From the NCBI GenBank assembly GCA_001793015.1, contig MGHC01000037.1:85877-129446 (forward strand): a stretch of 43,570 bases of DNA, in the 5' to 3' direction. Numbering within the stretch: the first letter of the stretch is position 1; every line of letters starts with the position of its first letter. Source of the stretch: Candidatus Woesebacteria bacterium RIFCSPLOWO2_01_FULL_39_10 (lineage in GTDB: Bacteria > Patescibacteriota > Microgenomatia > UBA8517). Shown in pieces: positions 1 through 9,374 of the stretch. The notes under the pieces are model-generated. The model searched no databases. It had not been told where the DNA came from and was given only the letters and a program-made list of their open reading frames with translations. Made by a program: the position numbers and the translations under genes.

Positions 1-603
1 AAGCTTACTATCCCGACACAAAATTATACCCCCAAAGACACTTGATATTACTTTGTCACGACCGAAACTAAAAAAGGACACATCTCCCAACGTACCTAAA
101 AGTTTATTTTTATACTTGCCTCCCAATGATAAAGCACAGTCTTCAATAACAGGAATTTTTCCCTTTCTTGCCAATTTCAATAACTGATCCATATCTGCAG
201 GCATTCCAAATGTATGTTGAACAATTATTGCCTTCGTTTTTTCACTTACCTTTTCACGAAGATTATTTGGGTCCATGTTAAAACCTTCGTCGACATCTAT
301 GTATAGAGGTTTAGCATTTAGCCAAAGCACAGAGTTTGGTACTGCAACACAAGTTAATGCCTGTAATGCTACTTCACCACCACTTACAGCTAAAGTCTTT
401 AGAATTAAGTAGAGTGCGCTGCGGCCACTGTTTACTGCCAATGCTTTATAGTTATTTCCAAAATACTTTGCGAATTCTTTCTCCAGTCTTTCTGTCTTTC
501 GAAAATCAAACCATCTTATGGGAGAAAGAAGTAACTTCAAAGCCAGTAAAACATCGTCCTTCTGAGGGTTTGGGGACAATGAAATGGCAATTGGTCTTTT
601 CAT
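1..603 (-). CDS. DegT/DnrJ/EryC1/StrS-family PLP-dependent aminotransferase (partial, runs off window start)
   Basis: Not in the ORF track. Hand translation from ATG at 603: MKRPIAISLSPN...NSGRSALYLIL...TCVAVPNSV...IIVQHTFGMPADM...VIEDCA...FSFGRDKVISSVFGG (family motifs, PLP lysine in SFGRDK). ATGA overlap with the stop of the murF-like gene. Confidence 0.9.
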   Translation of the reverse strand, partial: MKRPIAISLSPNPQKDDVLLALKLLLSPIRWFDFRKTERLEKEFAKYFGNNYKALAVNSGRSALYLILKTLAVSGGEVALQALTCVAVPNSVLWLNAKPLYIDVDEGFNMDPNNLREKVSEKTKAIIVQHTFGMPADMDQLLKLARKGKIPVIEDCALSLGGKYKNKLLGTLGDVSFFSFGRDKVISSVFGGIILCRDSKL

Positions 604-2192
604 CTTCTTTTCTCTTCTAAATATTTTATTAGTTTAGCAGGTTGTCTCCCCTCCAAAAGAATAACGGATTCGTTTATCTTCTCTAACTCTTGAATTAAGT
701 CTTCTGGTTCATTAACTAAATTAATAGACGTTTTTTGGTTAGCAGTGTCTCTTATTACTCTATGCGCTTCATTGCTTAATACAAATACTTTGTCAACAAC
801 GCCGGTCATCAGGTCTCCTAGTTCTTTGTGAACTTTATCTGAAAGATTTCCTAATTCAATTATTCCGGGTGTAACCACAACTTTCTTTTTGTCTTTAAAT
901 AAGTTCAGATATGTTAAGGCCGCTTCAAAACCTTTCGGGGTAGAGTTATAACTATCATCAACAACAATATTTCCGTTCGCAAGTTCGAAAACATTCATTG
1001 TGTGTTCAGTGTTTGTAAGAGTGGCAACACCTTTTTCAATTTCTCTCCATGAAACGCCCATTATTCTGGCTATAAGTATTGCCCCAGTTAAATTTTCTAT
1101 GAAGTGAACTCCATGAAGGGAAGTTGTAAATTTCCTTCTCTCCTTTCCATCTGTTACTTCAAAGGTTATTCCCCCAACATCAGCGCTAACCACTTTTGAG
1201 CGAAAATCAGCAGTTTTTACTGTATCTTTGTCCTTTAACATATAGTAACCATATGTCTTTAACTCTTTATTTAGTTTTTTTGCCTTTTCCATTAATTCTT
1301 GTGTGTATTTATTTGATAAATTAAAGATTGCTGTTCCACCTTTGGGCAAGGATTCTATAAGTTCAAATTTAGCTTTCTTTATATTCTCAAGGCTTCCAAA
1401 TAAAGAAAGGTGCTGTTCCTCGATGCCAGTAATTACTCCTATTACCGGACTTACAATAGCAGCAAGTTTATTTATCTCTCCAATCTTATAAGCACCCATT
1501 TCAACAATGAAAAACTTTGTATAACTTTTGACATTTTTAAAAGTTTTTCTTGCAATTCCAAACTCCGTATTTTCACTACCTTCTGTTTTTGCAGTTTTAT
1601 ACTTTTGAGATAAAAGGTGGGCAACAAAATCTTTAGTAGTAGTCTTGCCATAACTTCCAGTAATACCAATTACTATAGGCTTAACAGAGGACAAAATTCT
1701 TCTTGCTTCTTTCTTCTCGGTTTCCAGAGTCTTTTTTACTGAAAGGCCAGTTAAAAATACTCCAACAACGGGGCCAATAATTAAAGATAGCTCAGAATAA
1801 AATAACCCTATCCAAAAATCGGTTTTAAGTACAAATAATGTTATAAAAGTACATAGAAAAGAAATTAGACTAATCCTAACTAGCCTTTTCGTAAAAACCG
1901 GCTTTCTCAACCTTCTTTTAATGAAAAGGGTCAGAAAATAAATTAGTAAGAAAAAAATTTCTACTAGATATAAAAATAAAAACGGATTTAAAAAAAAGCC
2001 CACCATAATAACCAAGAATTTGATTAAAGTGTGAATAACAAGAAGTTCCCTCATCCCGTCCTGTGTTTTTAAAAACACAAAAAATCTGTCAAAGCGATAT
2101 TCTTTTGTCTGTATCCAGTAAAGCCAAAGCAAATGTACTCCAACTGCTTGAAGTAAAAATATTATTTTTATTATTAAAGTTTCAGGTACCAT
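600..2192 (-). CDS. murF: MurF-like Mur ligase with N-terminal multi-TM extension
   Basis: GITGSYGKTTTK P-loop, VEMGAY, DDSYNSTP, TPGIIELG motifs; about 150 hydrophobic N-terminal residues. Confidence 0.82.
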   Translation of the reverse strand: MVPETLIIKIIFLLQAVGVHLLWLYWIQTKEYRFDRFFVFLKTQDGMRELLVIHTLIKFLVIMVGFFLNPFLFLYLVEIFFLLIYFLTLFIKRRLRKPVFTKRLVRISLISFLCTFITLFVLKTDFWIGLFYSELSLIIGPVVGVFLTGLSVKKTLETEKKEARRILSSVKPIVIGITGSYGKTTTKDFVAHLLSQKYKTAKTEGSENTEFGIARKTFKNVKSYTKFFIVEMGAYKIGEINKLAAIVSPVIGVITGIEEQHLSLFGSLENIKKAKFELIESLPKGGTAIFNLSNKYTQELMEKAKKLNKELKTYGYYMLKDKDTVKTADFRSKVVSADVGGITFEVTDGKERRKFTTSLHGVHFIENLTGAILIARIMGVSWREIEKGVATLTNTEHTMNVFELANGNIVVDDSYNSTPKGFEAALTYLNLFKDKKKVVVTPGIIELGNLSDKVHKELGDLMTGVVDKVFVLSNEAHRVIRDTANQKTSINLVNEPEDLIQELEKINESVILLEGRQPAKLIKYLEEKRR

Positions 2193-2887
2193 TTTTCTAT
2201 TTCCAACGCTAACTTACGGGATTTTTCGTAAGGAAGTTTGTGACCCTGATCTTTATACGTAACTAACTTACTCGTTTTGAGAGCCGACTTTATATAATAT
2301 GCATCGGCAACAGGAGTCACTTTGTCTGAACTTCCCCAAAAGACAAGAACTGGAAGCTTAATTTTTGAAACTAGGGGCTTTAAGTCCTCTGATATTACTT
2401 TTTTAAAAATCTCTTTCATAATTCCTTGTGTTTTCTCGTAGTCGTGTTCCCGCGCCGCTTTATATAATAGTTTCCTAAATCCGTTTGCTATTTGTGGAGT
2501 AATAAGGAAAATCTTTCCTGTTTTTGCAAGAAGCGCAAAAACCAACCTCTTCACAGACTTACCCCGAGAGATTCCGCGAGTAGCACAAAGTATAACTCCG
2601 CTCAGATTTTTTGGGTTTTCAGAAGCTAGTTTTATTACAATGCCTCCACCAAACGAGTGGCCGAAAATATAATATTTATTATTTCCAAATATCTTTTTCG
2701 CTTCGTCAATAACATACTCCGAATATTCCTTAATTCCCCAAACTTCTTTTGGCGCAGGTCTCTCAAAACCAGCCAGCTTTGGTAAAATTACGGTCCAACC
2801 AAATTTTTCGAGTTCCTTTTTTAAAGGTTCAAGTTTGTAGGTTACTGCCCCCCAACCATGCAAAATAATAATGTTTTTATCTTTCAT
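2174..2887 (-). CDS. Alpha/beta hydrolase
   Basis: LHGWG oxyanion motif, GHSFGG nucleophile elbow, WGSSDKVTP acid, GH catalytic His. Confidence 0.9.
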   Translation of the reverse strand: MKDKNIIILHGWGAVTYKLEPLKKELEKFGWTVILPKLAGFERPAPKEVWGIKEYSEYVIDEAKKIFGNNKYYIFGHSFGGGIVIKLASENPKNLSGVILCATRGISRGKSVKRLVFALLAKTGKIFLITPQIANGFRKLLYKAAREHDYEKTQGIMKEIFKKVISEDLKPLVSKIKLPVLVFWGSSDKVTPVADAYYIKSALKTSKLVTYKDQGHKLPYEKSRKLALEIEKWYLKL

Positions 2888-2961
2888 CTAACCAATTTTA
2901 CCATCATTCATGCCCTATTTTGTAAATTCATTTCAATTACTATACAATTCAAAAATCTAAT

Positions 2962-3816
2962 ATGAAGAAATACGAACCAATATGCTATCTTAATGGGAAA
3001 TTTGTCAGGAAAAGTGAGGCCAAGATAAGCTTGTGGGACTTGGGTTTACTAAGAGGTTACGGTGTTTTTGACTTTATCGTAACTTACAAAGGTGGCAAAC
3101 CATTTTTACTTAACAAACACTTAAAAAGACTCATTAATTCCGCAAATCTTATTGGACTAACAATTCCTTGGAAGTTACAAGATTTAGAAAAAAAAGTTAT
3201 CGCAACTGTAGCAAAAAATAAAAATAATAAAGAAAAAGTGGTCAGGATAGTAATTACAGGAGGGGAAACTAAAGATGGAATTAGTATTGGCAGAAAACCA
3301 ACTTTGGCAATATTGGTACAAGCAAGGCACTTTTATCCCGATTCAATATATAAAAAGGGTATCAAAGTAATAACATATGAACATAACCGTGAAGTTCCTC
3401 AAGCGAAAAGCCTAAATTACACACAAGCTGTTAAGGCAGTTTCAGTAGCAAAAAAGAACAAGGCATCTGAAGCAATATATGTTTATAAAAAATTAAACAA
3501 AGTTTATGAAGGAACCCAAAGTAGTTTATTTCTTGTAAGGAAGAAGGAAATAGTCACTCCTGACGGAGAAACACTTCCTGGAATAACAAGAGAACTTATA
3601 TTAAGCATTTGTAAAAAGCTTTATCCCACTTCTATGAGAGAGGTTACAATAAAAGAACTTCTTAACGCAGATGAGTTATTCATTTCAGCCAGTAACAAAG
3701 AAATCCAACCAGTAGTAAAAGTAGATAATAAAGTTATCGGAAAAGGAGTTCCTGGTGAAGTTACTAAAAAAATAATGGCTGAGTTTAGGAAATTTGTGAA
3801 TTCCGGACGTTGGTAA
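2962..3816 (+). CDS. Class IV (fold-type IV) PLP aminotransferase, probable D-amino-acid transaminase
   Basis: LNGKF, RGYGVFD, HLKRL, RIVITGG, AKSLNY (catalytic Lys), EG, LPGITR, ADELFIS motifs. Only substantial plus-strand gene in the window. Confidence 0.88.
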   Translation: MKKYEPICYLNGKFVRKSEAKISLWDLGLLRGYGVFDFIVTYKGGKPFLLNKHLKRLINSANLIGLTIPWKLQDLEKKVIATVAKNKNNKEKVVRIVITGGETKDGISIGRKPTLAILVQARHFYPDSIYKKGIKVITYEHNREVPQAKSLNYTQAVKAVSVAKKNKASEAIYVYKKLNKVYEGTQSSLFLVRKKEIVTPDGETLPGITRELILSICKKLYPTSMREVTIKELLNADELFISASNKEIQPVVKVDNKVIGKGVPGEVTKKIMAEFRKFVNSGRW

Positions 3817-3862
3817 AGTATCTCAGGATAATATTCTGTTCTGTTGTGGGTTGCATCGTATT

Positions 3863-3887
3863 TCAACCCGTCGGGTTGATTTATATT
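3863..3887 (+). terminator. Probable intrinsic terminator hairpin between the convergent aminotransferase and murD
   Basis: TCAACCC-GTC-GGGTTGA stem-loop (3863-3879) followed by TTTATATT. Confidence 0.5.
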
Positions 3888-3919
3888 GTAACCCTTCGGA
3901 TTCTACCGGGGTGGGAATA

Positions 3920-5302
3920 TTACAGACCTGTTTCATTCTTCTTTAACTTCATAACTGCTTCTTTAAACTTTCTTCCCCTCTCTTTATAGTTAGCAAATAT
4001 GTCAAAAGATGCTGTCGCGGGAGATAAAAGAATTACTCCCCCTGTGGGTGTAATTTCTAAACACTTCTTAACAATAGTCTTCATGTCTTTTTTCTCAAAC
4101 CTTAATATTTGACCTTTATATTTACCTTTAACTATGGATTTTTCTATAACCTCTGCAATATCTCCGATGAGTATAGTATTTTTGATATTTGTCCTTTTGG
4201 CAATTTCTTTTCCCATCTCATCATAGTTCAACCCCTTATTTGATCCACCCAGTATTAAGGTAGTTGGTTCCTCGAATGATTTAATCGCAGCAATTGTCGT
4301 TTGAGGGTTTGTAGAAAAAGAGTCGTTGTAAAAAGTTACTCCATTTACCTTGCCGACTAACTCCAACCTGTGTTCTAACCCTTTAAATGAAAACACACTT
4401 TGTTTAATTGAACCGATACTTACCCCGGCAAGGCGAGAAGCGATAATTGAAGCGCAGACATTTTCCCAATTGTGTTCGCCTCTAAGTAATAAATTTTCAA
4501 CTCTCCCTACTTCACTTATCTTCTTTCCAACATCTAGATAAATTATTCCGTTATAAACGTACGCGCCTAGAACTTTTTGTGAATTACTGAAATAAAAAAC
4601 ACTTCCTTTTGTAAGCTCTGAAAAATTTCTTGAATCTTTATGGTCATATGCTAGTACTGAAAAATCCTTTTTTCTTTGATACCTTACAATATTAGTTTTT
4701 GCTTCAACATATTCCATACGATTCTTATGCCAATCCATATGATCTTCTGTAATATTTAAAACTACAGCAATATGTGGACTTTTTGTCATATCAATTAGCT
4801 GGAAGGATGACAATTCCAGAACTACCCAACTTTCTTGTTTTAACTTAGGTAGTAGATCCAGAATTGAAGTACCTATATTTCCGCCTAAATAAGCGTCTTT
4901 ACCGTCGTTTTTCAAAATTTCATAGATTAAAGTACTTGTTGTTCCTTTTCCTTTTGTTCCCGTAACACCAATTATCTTGGCGGGGCATAAATCAAAAAAA
5001 AGCTTTACAACTGATGTAATAACTGCTCCGTCTTCTTCTGCTTTACTAAATTCCGGACGATATCTATACACTCCTGGAGCACGAAAAATAAAATCAAAAT
5101 TATTTAAACCTTTCTTTAGACAATCCTTACCAACAACTAGTTTCACCTTTCTAATTTCAAACCCAGAGAAATTTAGGTCCTTTTTCTCTTTCTGATCAAA
5201 AATGGTTATTTGCCCCCCATGCTTGATCAAATATCTAGAAGCATCCAGCCCATTAATGCCCCATCCAAGTATTGCAACCTTCTTATTTTTAAAATTTGTC
5301 AT
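3920..5302 (-). CDS. murD: UDP-N-acetylmuramoyl-L-alanine--D-glutamate ligase
   Basis: GVTGTKGKGTT, GGNIG, LELSSFQL, LNITEDHMDWH, GLEHRLE, NDSFSTN, LSPA. Start moved to ATG 5302 (MTNFKNKKVAILG) to remove the overlap with murB. Confidence 0.95.
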   Translation of the reverse strand: MTNFKNKKVAILGWGINGLDASRYLIKHGGQITIFDQKEKKDLNFSGFEIRKVKLVVGKDCLKKGLNNFDFIFRAPGVYRYRPEFSKAEEDGAVITSVVKLFFDLCPAKIIGVTGTKGKGTTSTLIYEILKNDGKDAYLGGNIGTSILDLLPKLKQESWVVLELSSFQLIDMTKSPHIAVVLNITEDHMDWHKNRMEYVEAKTNIVRYQRKKDFSVLAYDHKDSRNFSELTKGSVFYFSNSQKVLGAYVYNGIIYLDVGKKISEVGRVENLLLRGEHNWENVCASIIASRLAGVSIGSIKQSVFSFKGLEHRLELVGKVNGVTFYNDSFSTNPQTTIAAIKSFEEPTTLILGGSNKGLNYDEMGKEIAKRTNIKNTILIGDIAEVIEKSIVKGKYKGQILRFEKKDMKTIVKKCLEITPTGGVILLSPATASFDIFANYKERGRKFKEAVMKLKKNETGL

Positions 5303-5306
5303 CAAT

Positions 5307-6347
5307 CTAAGTAAAACCAATATATTGAACTTCGGGTTCAAGTCTTACTTTAAATATTTCATACACATCTTTAGATATTTGATCAGCTAAGTCTTTTACT
5401 TCTTTCGCGGAGGCCTTACCTTTAGGATTTAAAATTACAAGAGCATTTTTTTCCGACACTTTTGCGTTTTTATAGTTTTTTCCACGCCAACCAGATTTTT
5501 CAACCAACCAACCTGCATAAAGTTTAGCTTTTCCATCATCACTATAATGATAAGGAATATCCTTATATTCTTTTTTTAATTCCTCTAAAACCTCTTTTGC
5601 CACTATTGGGTTTTTGAAAAACGATCCAGCGTTTCCTAACACTTTTGGATCTTCAAGTTTTTGGCCTCTAATTTCAAGGACAGCATTTCTAACCTGAGCA
5701 AGAGTAGGATTTTTTATTTCTTTCTCCTTAAGATAGGAAATCAGTGATTCATAGGTAAGTGTCGGTGCAAGATTCTTTTTAAGTCCCAATGTAATGTTTA
5801 AAATTAAATATCGTCCTTTATTTTTCTTATCCTTAAAAATACTTTCACGATAAGTAAATTTACAATCTTTTTTTTGAAGTACAACAAATTTATTTTCGAA
5901 AAAATCGAAGGCATTAAGTTCTAAAAAGGAATCTTTAAGCTCCTGACCATACGCACCAATGTTTTGTATTGGTGCCGCTCCAACCGATCCGGGAATACCC
6001 GATAGACACTCAACTCCCTGAAGGTTTCTTGAAACACATTCTTTTACTAAATTATCCCAAATCATACCAGCTTCGGCGGTTACAAAAACTCGCTCTCCCT
6101 TTTCTAAAAAAGATAATTTAGCATTTGAATATTTAATCACTAATCCGGAAAAACCCTCGTCGCTAACTAAGATATCGCTTCCGCCTCCAAGGACAAAAAT
6201 AGGAAGATTCTGAGATTTTGCAAAATCAACTACTTCTAAAAGTTCTTTTTTATTATGGACCTGTACAAAATAACTCGCGTAACCGCCAACACGGAATGTG
6301 GTCAAGTCTTTAAGGGGAATATTTTTTTTGATTAATAATTTGGCCAT
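5307..6347 (-). CDS. murB: UDP-N-acetylenolpyruvoylglucosamine reductase
   Basis: TTFRVGG, LGGGSD, GIPGSVGAAPIQNIGAYG, YRES, NAGSFFKNP, LEPEV. Confidence 0.95.
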   Translation of the reverse strand: MAKLLIKKNIPLKDLTTFRVGGYASYFVQVHNKKELLEVVDFAKSQNLPIFVLGGGSDILVSDEGFSGLVIKYSNAKLSFLEKGERVFVTAEAGMIWDNLVKECVSRNLQGVECLSGIPGSVGAAPIQNIGAYGQELKDSFLELNAFDFFENKFVVLQKKDCKFTYRESIFKDKKNKGRYLILNITLGLKKNLAPTLTYESLISYLKEKEIKNPTLAQVRNAVLEIRGQKLEDPKVLGNAGSFFKNPIVAKEVLEELKKEYKDIPYHYSDDGKAKLYAGWLVEKSGWRGKNYKNAKVSEKNALVILNPKGKASAKEVKDLADQISKDVYEIFKVRLEPEVQYIGFT

Positions 6348-6348
6348 T

Positions 6349-7755
6349 TTACAAATTATTTAAAATTTCTCTCGCCCAAATGTAACTTTTTCCCGCACCC
6401 ATCACTAAAATAATATCTCCACGACCTGATTCTTTAGAGAGCACACTAATAATATCCCTCAAATCTTTTTTATAAACAGCATCTTTATGTTCTGACTCAT
6501 TCACAATCGAAATTCCTGTCACTCCAAAAGTTTTTTTGTCTCGGGCTTTGAATATTGGACCAATAATTACCTTATGTGCTTCATCAAAAACACCTTTGTA
6601 ATCTTTAAGAAGTGCATATGTCCTTGAATAAGAGTGTGGCTCGACTACTGCCCAAATTCTTTCTTTTGGATATTTCTGCCTTAAAGCATCAAGCGTAACC
6701 TTTATTGCTGTCGGGTGGTGGGCGTAGTCATCATAAACTTTTATTCCCTTTTTCTCTCCTATCAATTCCAACCTCCTTCCAACTCCTTTAAAGCTAAGTA
6801 GCGTCTTTTGGATATCAGAGTTTTTTATACCATATAATTTTGAGAGAATGATGACCCCCGTTGCATTAGCAATGTTGTATTCACCGGGAATACTTAAATA
6901 ATATACATTATTTAAGTCCAGTTCATCGGATTTGACTTTGAATTTAGTTCCATCTTCAGTCTTTTTTATAACTTCTATTCTTGCGCTTTTATCAATTTTT
7001 AAAGTTGGACTATCAGAAAAAGTGTAACCATATAAATTAATTGAATTAAGAAAGTCCTTCTCTAAAATATTGAAAAGCCATTTAATTCCCACTGAATCCT
7101 GATTCAAAATCAAATTCTTCGTTCCTTGCAGTAGTCTTACAAATTTATAATAGGATTCGATCATGTGTTCTTCTGATCGAAAAAAGTCTGGGTGATCGAA
7201 TTCTATGTTATTAACAATTATCGTTGAAGGTTTGTAACTTAAAAATTTATCATAAAAATCATCGGCTTCGATTATGAAATACTTACTCTTCCCAACTCTA
7301 TAGTTATTATCCCATTTCCTAACTTTTGCACCTATTATCGCGCTGGGATCTAGTCCGGCATTTTCAAAAAGTAGTGCTGCCATACTCGTTGTAGTAGATT
7401 TCCCATGTGTCCCAGTTATGCAAATCGACTCCTTATCTTTCAATAAATACTCGCCCACAAACTTATCCCATATCCTCAAAATACCTAACTTTTTAGCTTT
7501 AGTGTATTCAGGATGGTTTTCGTTTAAGTAAACAACTGCAGGGCTTACTGCCAAAATATCGACACCTTTGAGGTGCTTTGCGTCATGTCCCTTAAAAACC
7601 TCTATTCCACTTTTTTTAACTTTTCCAATGTAGGCTGTATCTTCCTCTAAATTGCAGCCACTTACCTTAAATCCCGCTTTTTTTGCCATCAAAGCAACAC
7701 CTGATAAAGCGCTTCCCCCTATTCCCATGAAGTGAACGTGTAGTTTTTTAACCAT
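6349..7755 (-). CDS. murC: UDP-N-acetylmuramate--L-alanine ligase
   Basis: HFMGIGGSALS, ITGTHGKSTTT, IEAD, NIEFDHPD, GVGRRLE, DDYAHHPT, PHSYSRT, MGAG. Likely start ATG 7755. Confidence 0.93.
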   Translation of the reverse strand: MVKKLHVHFMGIGGSALSGVALMAKKAGFKVSGCNLEEDTAYIGKVKKSGIEVFKGHDAKHLKGVDILAVSPAVVYLNENHPEYTKAKKLGILRIWDKFVGEYLLKDKESICITGTHGKSTTTSMAALLFENAGLDPSAIIGAKVRKWDNNYRVGKSKYFIIEADDFYDKFLSYKPSTIIVNNIEFDHPDFFRSEEHMIESYYKFVRLLQGTKNLILNQDSVGIKWLFNILEKDFLNSINLYGYTFSDSPTLKIDKSARIEVIKKTEDGTKFKVKSDELDLNNVYYLSIPGEYNIANATGVIILSKLYGIKNSDIQKTLLSFKGVGRRLELIGEKKGIKVYDDYAHHPTAIKVTLDALRQKYPKERIWAVVEPHSYSRTYALLKDYKGVFDEAHKVIIGPIFKARDKKTFGVTGISIVNESEHKDAVYKKDLRDIISVLSKESGRGDIILVMGAGKSYIWAREILNNL

Positions 7756-7770
7756 AGCTAAATTACTATA

Positions 7771-7808
7771 TACCACCTACAAGGTGGCACCTTTAAGGGC
7801 CAGGCCTT
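7771..7808. repeat. Short tandem AGGT-NNN-ACCT-type palindromes at the murE/murC junction
   Basis: AAGGTGGCACCTT (7781-7793) followed by GGGCCAGGCCT; also CCACCT-ACA-AGGTGG. Units are about 14-15 nt apart. Confidence 0.45.
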
Positions 7809-9361
7809 TTAATTTCCTTCACACCGCCTTTTAAGGCTATTTTTACCGCCTCGTGGTCGGACCAAAAATATTCTACTCCATTGTAGGCCATACTTTGCTC
7901 GTGACCTTTTCCACAGATTACAACTATGTCACCCTTTTTTGCTAACTTTTGGATGGCAAAAGAAATTGCTTCTCCTCTTTCAGGAATTCGAAAAAATATG
8001 TGACTTCTGTTACCATGATTCGAATCATGGTAACGCTTGACGCTAATTTCTTTTGCTTGTGACTTTTTAGCACCCTTTTCCATTTCATTAATTATCTTAT
8101 TGATATCTTCGCTTCTCGGATCTTCGGCTGTAAAAATTGAAATATCAGCAAGGCGGGTTGCAATTTCTCCCATCATTGGACGTTTTTCAACATCGCGCTC
8201 TCCAGCACATCCAAATATGACAATAAGTTTTCCAAGTTTTTCGGTTTCTAATTTATTTCTGAAAACACTTAAAACGCTCTCTAAAGAATTTGGAGTATGA
8301 GCAAAATCAACATAAACATCAAAATTTTTAGCCTCTTTTATTTTTTCCATACGCCCGATCGGCGCTTCAAAAGTTAATACGGCTTTTTTTGCTTTTTCAA
8401 TATCAACCCCATACTCTTTGCAACAAGTTAGGGCAGCTAAAATATTTGAGACGTTATAGTTACCCAAAAGTTGGGACTCAAAACTGTAAGCATTGACTTC
8501 ATACACCACTTCAAATAGTGTTTTAGAGTCGGCTTCATGAATATTCTGACCGTAAAGATCAACCTGTCTGGAATTTAACCCGTAAGTAGTAAGCTTGACA
8601 TTCTGAGGGATTTTTGAGGCTAAATATTCAAACGAGGTATCATCTTTATTTAACACTGCAAAAGTTTTGGCTAGGGTAAAAAGCTTTGCCTTAGCATCTT
8701 GGTAAGCCTCAAATGTCTTGTGATAATCAAGATGCTCGTGAGTAATATTTGTAAGTACAGCGCTATCGAATTCCACGCCTGTTACTCTTCCTTGATCCAG
8801 TCCATGCGAAGTAACTTCAACAACTGCCAGTTCGCACTTTTCTTTAACCATATCATTAAGAAGAGAATGTAAACTTACTGGGTCAGGGTTTGTTACATGT
8901 AATCCAGTATCAATTTCTTTTTTTCCTATTTTTGCGCTAACTGTACTGATAAGACCTACTTTCTTGCCGCTTCTTTTAAGTAAATGATATATAAGACTGA
9001 CGGTAGTCGTTTTTCCGTCAGTTCCGGTAACTCCAATTACTTTTAAATTCCGAGAAGGGTAACCAAAAAACGCTGAAGCCAAGAAACCGAGTGCATTTCT
9101 CGAATCTTCAACGCGAACATAAGTTATTTTTCTTGGAACTTTAAGAGACTCTCTACTTTTCTCACCAACAATTACTGAGATACCTTTTTCTATTACTTGT
9201 GGAATAAATTTATGTCCGTCAACAGTTAGTCCTTTTATAGCAACGAATAATCCATTTTTCTGAGCTTTCCTTGAGTCATCTGTTATTGAAGTAACTTCAG
9301 TATTTTTATTTCCGTAGATTTTGTACGAGGAAGTGCTTTCCAGAAGTAAACTTAGTTTCAT
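7793..9361 (-). CDS. murE: UDP-N-acetylmuramoyl-dipeptide--diamino acid ligase
   Basis: DSR, DGHKF, GVTGTDGKTT, EVTSHGLDQGR, TNITHEHLDYH, GRME, VDFAHTP, FGCAGERD, KRPMMG, EDPR, GKGHE. Likely start ATG 9361. Confidence 0.95.
   Translation of the reverse strand: MKLSLLLESTSSYKIYGNKNTEVTSITDDSRKAQKNGLFVAIKGLTVDGHKFIPQVIEKGISVIVGEKSRESLKVPRKITYVRVEDSRNALGFLASAFFGYPSRNLKVIGVTGTDGKTTTVSLIYHLLKRSGKKVGLISTVSAKIGKKEIDTGLHVTNPDPVSLHSLLNDMVKEKCELAVVEVTSHGLDQGRVTGVEFDSAVLTNITHEHLDYHKTFEAYQDAKAKLFTLAKTFAVLNKDDTSFEYLASKIPQNVKLTTYGLNSRQVDLYGQNIHEADSKTLFEVVYEVNAYSFESQLLGNYNVSNILAALTCCKEYGVDIEKAKKAVLTFEAPIGRMEKIKEAKNFDVYVDFAHTPNSLESVLSVFRNKLETEKLGKLIVIFGCAGERDVEKRPMMGEIATRLADISIFTAEDPRSEDINKIINEMEKGAKKSQAKEISVKRYHDSNHGNRSHIFFRIPERGEAISFAIQKLAKKGDIVVICGKGHEQSMAYNGVEYFWSDHEAVKIALKGGVKEIKRPGP
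8009..8034. repeat. Perfect 26-bp palindrome inside murE
   Basis: GTTACCATGATTC|GAATCATGGTAAC is its own reverse complement; it encodes RYHDSNHGN in a loop. Confidence 0.85.
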
Positions 9362-9374
9362 AAAATTCAGATTT

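Noticed and set aside
336..620. 94-aa plus-strand ORF
   Set aside because: Antisense shadow of the DegT-family gene, which has clear motifs on the minus strand.
3817..3919. tRNA or structured ncRNA in the intergenic gaps (also 14197-14384 and 36215-36283)
   Set aside because: No cloverleaf, T-loop GTTCGA context or recognisable riboswitch found by eye; tRNAscan-SE and Infernal/Rfam would be decisive.
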